In this document: in pieces, positions 59,192 through 64,000 of the stretch | How the letters are laid out: each line of letters begins with the position of its first letter | Numbering within the stretch: the stretch's first letter is position 1 | Origin: an uncultured Verrucomicrobiae bacterium | GTDB lineage: Bacteria > Verrucomicrobiota > Verrucomicrobiia > Chthoniobacterales > UBA10450 | DNA length: 64,000 bases | Reading direction: 5' to 3' | NCBI GenBank assembly: GCA_963735805.1 | Contig: CAVTMK010000002.1 | Location: forward strand, 1,184,001 to 1,248,000 | Notes under the pieces: model-generated | The model's database searches: none | The model's input: only the letters and a program-made list of their open reading frames with translations | What the model was told of the DNA's origin: nothing | Translations under genes and position numbers: made by a program

Positions 59192-60208
59192 ATGATTGTT
59201 CGTTTTTTTCGGCTGACGGGCGCGCTTGTCTTTGTCGCGTGGCTAGTCGCACGTTTGATTCGAACTACGCGCTATTCTCTGCGCGACAAAGTTGTGGTTA
59301 TTACAGGTGGTTCGCGAGGACTGGGGCTCGTGCTTGCGCGGCATATTTGCGCGGAAGGCGGAAGCGTTGCGCTCATTGCACGCGACCCTGATGAACTGGC
59401 GCGAGCAAAGGCGGATCTCGCTCCTCGCGGCACGGTGATCCTGACTGTTCCATGCGACTTGCTCGATGTCACACAAATTGAATCCGCTGTTCGTCACATC
59501 ATCGATCGCTTTGGCAAGATCGACATTTTGATCAATAACGCCGGCATTATTGAAGTGGGTCCGCTTGACCATATGGCGCGGGAGGATTTCGAACGTGCCA
59601 TGCGACTGCATTTTTGGGCGCCATATGAATTGGTTTCGCAGATCGTTCCTGAAATGCGCACCTGGGGTGGGGGACGCATCGTTAATATTTCTTCGATTGG
59701 CGGCAAAGTCGCCGTGCCACACCTGGCGCCATACAGCGTTAGTAAATTTGCCCTGACTGGATTCTCCGATGCGATTCGCGCCGAGCTTGCACGTGATAAC
59801 ATTCTTGTCACCACGGTTGCGCCTGGAATGATGCGCACCGGATCGCACGTGAATGCTAAATTCAAGGGCAAACACGACATCGAGTTTGCCTGGTTCGCCA
59901 CTTCAGCCGGAGCGCCGCTAATCTCAATGAACGCCGATCGCGCCGCGAAAAAAATTCTCGCTGCGGCTCGCCGTGGTCAGCCATCGCTCACGCTCACATT
60001 TGCCGCGCGCGGGGCGATTCTTGGAAACGCACTTTTTCCAAATCTCACCGGATACGCGATCCGCCTGGTGAATCGGTTCTTGCCGAAACCTGGCGGTGCT
60101 GAAGGGAACCCATCGCGGGGCGGCTCGGAAGCGCGTCGTTTAATTCCCGATTGGGTAACGCGGTCGGCTGACAACGCGGCGGTGCGCAATAACGAGACAA
60201 AAAGCTAA
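59192..60208 (+). CDS. short-chain dehydrogenase/reductase
   Basis: TGGSRGLG, NNAG, YSVSK. Confidence 0.95.
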   Translation: MIVRFFRLTGALVFVAWLVARLIRTTRYSLRDKVVVITGGSRGLGLVLARHICAEGGSVALIARDPDELARAKADLAPRGTVILTVPCDLLDVTQIESAVRHIIDRFGKIDILINNAGIIEVGPLDHMAREDFERAMRLHFWAPYELVSQIVPEMRTWGGGRIVNISSIGGKVAVPHLAPYSVSKFALTGFSDAIRAELARDNILVTTVAPGMMRTGSHVNAKFKGKHDIEFAWFATSAGAPLISMNADRAAKKILAAARRGQPSLTLTFAARGAILGNALFPNLTGYAIRLVNRFLPKPGGAEGNPSRGGSEARRLIPDWVTRSADNAAVRNNETKS

Positions 60209-60334
60209 ACGTCGAAATCGCGAATGGCGTGTCGCAGCTCGGCAACTAAGCGTTGGACGCCTGTCGCGCCGTAGTTGCGGAGGCGGATCGGGTGCTTGCT
60301 CGCGACGGGTCGGAGTTGGACGTTTTCTTCTCTA

Positions 60335-60886
60335 ATGACTAAGCGTCTCTTTGTGGCGATCGATTTACCTGAGTCAACGCGTCAATTGCTTGCCGGCCTT
60401 GATCCCCACGTTCGTGGTGTGCGCTGGACAGATCCGGAGCAGATGCATCTGACGCTCGGTTTCTACGGCGATGTGCCGGACGATATCGGTCTCACGCTCC
60501 GGGATCGGCTCGCTGCAATCCAGTTCGGCGCGTTTTTCCTGCCCATTGCAGGCGTCGGCGCGTTCTCTGCAAAGGGTGCACCTAAAATTATCTGGATCGG
60601 TGTCGGTAAGGCGCACCCGCATTTGTTTCAAATTCATAAGCGAGTGCAGGAGGCCGCACTCGCTGCCGGTCTCGAGCCGGAGCTTCGTCCCTGGCATCCA
60701 CATATCACCATTGCGCGTTGCCGCGATGTGTCCGCGCAATCGCTTCGAAAATTTTTGCACACGAATGCCGAGTTCGATGCCGGTATGATCCACGTTGAGG
60801 CTTTCTATCTTTATTCCAGCAAGCTCCTGCCTGCGGGTCCGATTCACACGCGCGAACTCACCGTCAGCTGTAGCCGCGGGCGCTGA
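60335..60886 (+). CDS. thpR: RNA 2',3'-cyclic phosphodiesterase
   Basis: RLFVAI, two 2H motifs HLTL and HITI. Confidence 0.93.
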   Translation: MTKRLFVAIDLPESTRQLLAGLDPHVRGVRWTDPEQMHLTLGFYGDVPDDIGLTLRDRLAAIQFGAFFLPIAGVGAFSAKGAPKIIWIGVGKAHPHLFQIHKRVQEAALAAGLEPELRPWHPHITIARCRDVSAQSLRKFLHTNAEFDAGMIHVEAFYLYSSKLLPAGPIHTRELTVSCSRGR

Positions 60887-60903
60887 CCGCGGCACGCCCT
60901 ACA
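60867..60903. repeat. GTAG-type REP overlapping both thpR and MFS stop codons
   Basis: gctgtagccgcgggcgctgaccgcggcacgccctaca; 26/27 identical to 61601-61627. Confidence 0.75.
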
Positions 60904-62347
60904 ACCCCTTGCTCGAAAGCGGCGTGGCCACATCTTCCAACGACCGTCGCTCAGCGGATACGCCAATCGATGCTTCGATGACCGCGCCAAAAATCATCAG
61001 CGCAGCGGCCAAGAGGTATCCCATGAACAGGGCGTCAACCGAGCCCGTCCCGATGATCCACCCGAACAGCAACGGCGCACCCACTCCGCCAGTCAGCGTT
61101 CCGATGGCGTAGAAAATTGCTATCGCCAGAGCCCGGATCTCCAACGGGAAAATTTCGCTCACAGTTAAATACGCCGAACTCGCCGCCGCCGACGCGATGA
61201 AGAAAATTATTGTCCAGGCAAGCGTCTGCGTTTGTGCGGTGAGAACACCGGCGTGAAAAAGCCAGCCGGTCACCGCGAGTAAAATCCCGGCGAGCCCGTA
61301 AGTAATAGTTATCATCTGTTTGCGCCCGACAGTGTCAAAGAAATGCCCGAGCAACACCGGACCGAGCACATTTCCCAATGCGAACGGCAACAAATAGCTG
61401 CCCACATTTTGCTCGGGCACGTTGTAAAACCGCATCAGAACCAGTGCGTAAGTGAAAAAGATCGCGTTGTAAAAAAAGGCCTGCGTGAGCATCAGGACAA
61501 AACCGAGAATCGAGCGCCGGCGATGCTCGTGCACAATCGCGTCCCAAATCTCATGCCACGGCGTATGTGTCCGCGTCCGAATACGCGTGAGCCGCACATC
61601 GCTGTAGCCGCGGTCGCTGACCGCGGCCCCCTTCGAGCCCATAATCTTTCGTTCCACTTCGCCTACAACCTGTTCCGCTTCATCGTTGCGCCCATGAATC
61701 ATCAACCAGCGCGGACTTTCCGGAATCCAACGGCGAAAGAAGATCACGATCAAACCGAGCGTTGCACCGATTCCAAAAGCGAGTCGCCATCCCAGCCAGA
61801 TTGGCACGCGACTCGGATCAAGTAGTACAAGTGTGGCGGCTGCGCCAAGCGCGGCCCCGACCCAGTATGAGCCGTTGATGATCAAATCAACCCGGCCACG
61901 CACGCGCGCCGGAATCAGTTCGTCAATTGCGGAATTGATTGCTGCGTATTCGCCGCCAATTCCTGCGCCAGTCACCGCACGAAAGAATGCGTAGCTCCAG
62001 AAATTCCAGGAGAAAGCGGACAAGGCCGTTCCAATTAGATAAACCGCGACGGTAATGAAGAACAATTTCTTGCGGCCAAATCGGTCTGTACCGTAGCCGA
62101 AAAGGAGCGCACCCAATACGGCGCCCGCCAGGTAGGTTGTCGCGCTCGCGCCAACCCGGGCCGGTGTTAAACCCAGCGTTTCCGGCCGCGTTAAAATTCC
62201 ACCCAACGCGCCAGCTAGTGTCACTTCCAGGCCATCGAGAATCCAGGTCGCTCCCAACGAGACAACAATCAGCCAGTGCCATGAACTCCATGGCAACCTG
62301 TCCAACCGCGCGGGCACATATGACTCGATCGTTTCGCAGCTGGCCAT
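60899..62347 (-). CDS. MFS transporter (sugar porter/aromatic acid-like)
   Basis: RLDRLPW, DRFGRK, GIGGEY, PESPRWL, SEIFP.EIRA. Confidence 0.95.
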   Translation of the reverse strand: MASCETIESYVPARLDRLPWSSWHWLIVVSLGATWILDGLEVTLAGALGGILTRPETLGLTPARVGASATTYLAGAVLGALLFGYGTDRFGRKKLFFITVAVYLIGTALSAFSWNFWSYAFFRAVTGAGIGGEYAAINSAIDELIPARVRGRVDLIINGSYWVGAALGAAATLVLLDPSRVPIWLGWRLAFGIGATLGLIVIFFRRWIPESPRWLMIHGRNDEAEQVVGEVERKIMGSKGAAVSDRGYSDVRLTRIRTRTHTPWHEIWDAIVHEHRRRSILGFVLMLTQAFFYNAIFFTYALVLMRFYNVPEQNVGSYLLPFALGNVLGPVLLGHFFDTVGRKQMITITYGLAGILLAVTGWLFHAGVLTAQTQTLAWTIIFFIASAAASSAYLTVSEIFPLEIRALAIAIFYAIGTLTGGVGAPLLFGWIIGTGSVDALFMGYLLAAALMIFGAVIEASIGVSAERRSLEDVATPLSSKGL

Positions 62348-62437
62348 CGTGTGAGTCTTTCGCGCAAAGAAGCGCGCGACGCAAAGCGCGCTTTTGGCCT
62401 AACGACTTGAATTGTTTAAACGCCAAAGGGTAAGCGC

Positions 62438-62526
62438 TGTCATGTCGAGCGACGTCGAGACATCTCTTGATGCACGTCGCCATCCGCAAATAATTCAGAG
62501 ATTCCTCGACTTCGCTCGGAATGACG
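62438..62526. repeat. gtcattccgagc-type REP doublet (family C), inverted
   Basis: tgtcatgtcgagcgacgtcgagacatctc ... gagattcctcgacttcgctcggaatgac. Confidence 0.8.
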
Positions 62527-62553
62527 GAAGATGCAGCGGCAATAAAACTGAAA

Positions 62554-63339
62554 TCAGCCGATCAGTTCCACTGGATCGCCTTTGCGCACTATCCCTTCCA
62601 CAAGGACAGCCCCATAGACGCCAGCCATCCCTTGGTGAGCTTGCGCAACCTTTTTCAGTATCACCGGCGTTTGTTCTCCGGTGTCCGGATCGAGGGTGAT
62701 TATCACGCAGCGCGAGTCGCGTTCCAGAATTGCGATGATTGCCTTTGGTCCAATGCGCACCGATCGGCCAACAAATTCGTTTTCAGCGAAGCCTTCGGCA
62801 GACATTAAGTCTACATAGACGTTTGCCCGAAAACGCCGTTTATCCACGCGCACACCTGTCTCTTCAGCAAGTTGCTGCACCGATTGCAGACTAAAGAGCG
62901 ACACTGGGCGGCAATCCGTCATGGCTCGCTGGGATTGCATCAGGGTAAGCGTATGCTTTGGATCGATATCCGCTCGAAGCATGTCGATCAGAGCGGGTTC
63001 ATCGATCGCGAGCTTGTCTCCATCGGGAGTCTCAACGTCGACCACTAATTCTGCAAGGTTGGCCAAAAGAGGATTCGCGCCTTTGCTTTCCGCCTCGATC
63101 AAATTAAGGGGTCTCGCCGCTTTGTCAGTATAACGAAAGCGTGGACGATACTGCAGAAGTCTTCGCTGGTCGCGAGCTGTGAAATATGGGAAGCCCTCGT
63201 GATTCGCCGAACTTTTGAAGGCAAACACTCGATCGCCATAAATTCCGGAATAACTGGCAAAAGCTTCATCCAATTCCTCGCCGCGCATACTTTTGACGGG
63301 GTAACGCCAAAGGCTGTCGACTTTGCCAATGACACTCAT
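62554..63339 (-). CDS. MOSC-domain protein
   Basis: LWRYPVKSM.GE, GDR, RRFRAN, RC. Confidence 0.93.
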   Translation of the reverse strand: MSVIGKVDSLWRYPVKSMRGEELDEAFASYSGIYGDRVFAFKSSANHEGFPYFTARDQRRLLQYRPRFRYTDKAARPLNLIEAESKGANPLLANLAELVVDVETPDGDKLAIDEPALIDMLRADIDPKHTLTLMQSQRAMTDCRPVSLFSLQSVQQLAEETGVRVDKRRFRANVYVDLMSAEGFAENEFVGRSVRIGPKAIIAILERDSRCVIITLDPDTGEQTPVILKKVAQAHQGMAGVYGAVLVEGIVRKGDPVELIG

Positions 63340-63368
63340 GAACCTAATGTCTCATCAGCGCGCAACGG

Positions 63369-63444
63369 TGTAGCCACGGTGCTGCGTCGCCGTGTTCGCG
63401 CGGGCAACAACGCTTAAGCGCCTCGACACAGCGAGGCGACTACA
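63369..63444. repeat. GTAG-type REP doublet (family A)
   Basis: tgtagccacggtgctgcgtcgccgtg ... cgcctcgacacagcgaggcgactaca. Confidence 0.85.
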
Positions 63445-63486
63445 ACGATTGCGAGATGCATTCGGGGTTTCTATCGGACTCAATGG

Positions 63487-63999
63487 CTACTTGCTTGGTT
63501 CTGTACGCTTCATCAACTCGTTAGCCGGCAAACTGGGATCAAGAACCTTGCGCGCAGTCTCGACGCCGGATACGGGAAGCTTTGTGGAATCGAGTAATCC
63601 GATCTGGGCCAGTACCGATGCCTGGTCCCAGTAAATATGCTCGTGGGCAAGCTTGTGTTCTTTAAATCGCACGATCGCAACCAGCGGAACCTCGACGCGT
63701 TTTCCCGTGGGAGCGACGCCCGGCAACATCCAATCCATTCGGATCGTGTGCGTAAACTTGAATATCATTTCATCCACCAATTGGTTTTCACCGATGGTCC
63801 GCGAGACAGGCGTCATCTCCGTGTCCGGCGGCATCTGTGGAATAAATCGTTTCGAGTAGAATTCGCGCAATTCATCCTTGCCTACACCACCCGTGAGCAC
63901 TGGAATGTGATTTACGTAAGCGTCTTCGACCATGGTGGCGAGCGTCTCCTCCGTGTTGCGGGTGGAAAACTCATAACGGACATGATCTTCCCAGAGGTG
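63487..63999 (-). CDS. SnoaL-like ester cyclase / dienelactone hydrolase-associated domain (5' partial, runs off the window)
   Basis: WEDH..YEF, YVNHIP.LTGG, FTH...MDWMLPGV.PTGK, HEHIYWDQASVL. Confidence 0.9.
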   Translation of the reverse strand, partial: HLWEDHVRYEFSTRNTEETLATMVEDAYVNHIPVLTGGVGKDELREFYSKRFIPQMPPDTEMTPVSRTIGENQLVDEMIFKFTHTIRMDWMLPGVAPTGKRVEVPLVAIVRFKEHKLAHEHIYWDQASVLAQIGLLDSTKLPVSGVETARKVLDPSLPANELMKRTEPSK

Positions 64000-64000
64000 G

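Noticed and set aside
57094..60886. RNA repair system made of GIY-YIG, smpB and thpR
   Set aside because: rpoZ, smpB and thpR are ordinary housekeeping neighbours; nothing beyond proximity links them to the nuclease.

Overview
A 64-kb chromosomal segment that looks like a soil Verrucomicrobiota (Spartobacteria/Chthoniobacterales, 'Ca. Udaeobacter'-like) genome. This assignment is an inference from a Gloeo/Verruco-repeat protein, a PVC-type RpoZ and prepilin, and a kinase-TolB-like-TPR protein. Housekeeping genes are serS, dnaX, ybaB, glgB, xseA, ruvB, purH, rpoZ, smpB, thpR and tag, with three tRNAs (Gly-CCC, Val-TAC, Pro-CGG), interleaved with many accessory enzymes and small hypothetical genes. 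The most striking structure is at 57094-58098, where tRNA-Pro is followed by three apparently identical 308-bp units. Each unit is a 78-aa stand-alone GIY-YIG nuclease ORF whose 3' end runs into a tRNA mimic in which exactly the anticodon arm is replaced by a 14-bp perfect palindrome; no integrase or transposase is nearby. Other notable items: a solitary integron attC-like site plus a half site; several REP-like repeat families, one in-frame inside an MFS gene and others supplying stop or start codons; a frameshifted Ser/Thr kinase; a decayed SnoaL/DUF4440 gene; an orphan dltD; a racemase lacking both catalytic cysteines; and a microprotein operon coupled to a degenerate PocR-AraC regulator. 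No CRISPR array, rRNA, integrase or transposase was seen. All family calls come from motif recognition by eye; no database search was run.
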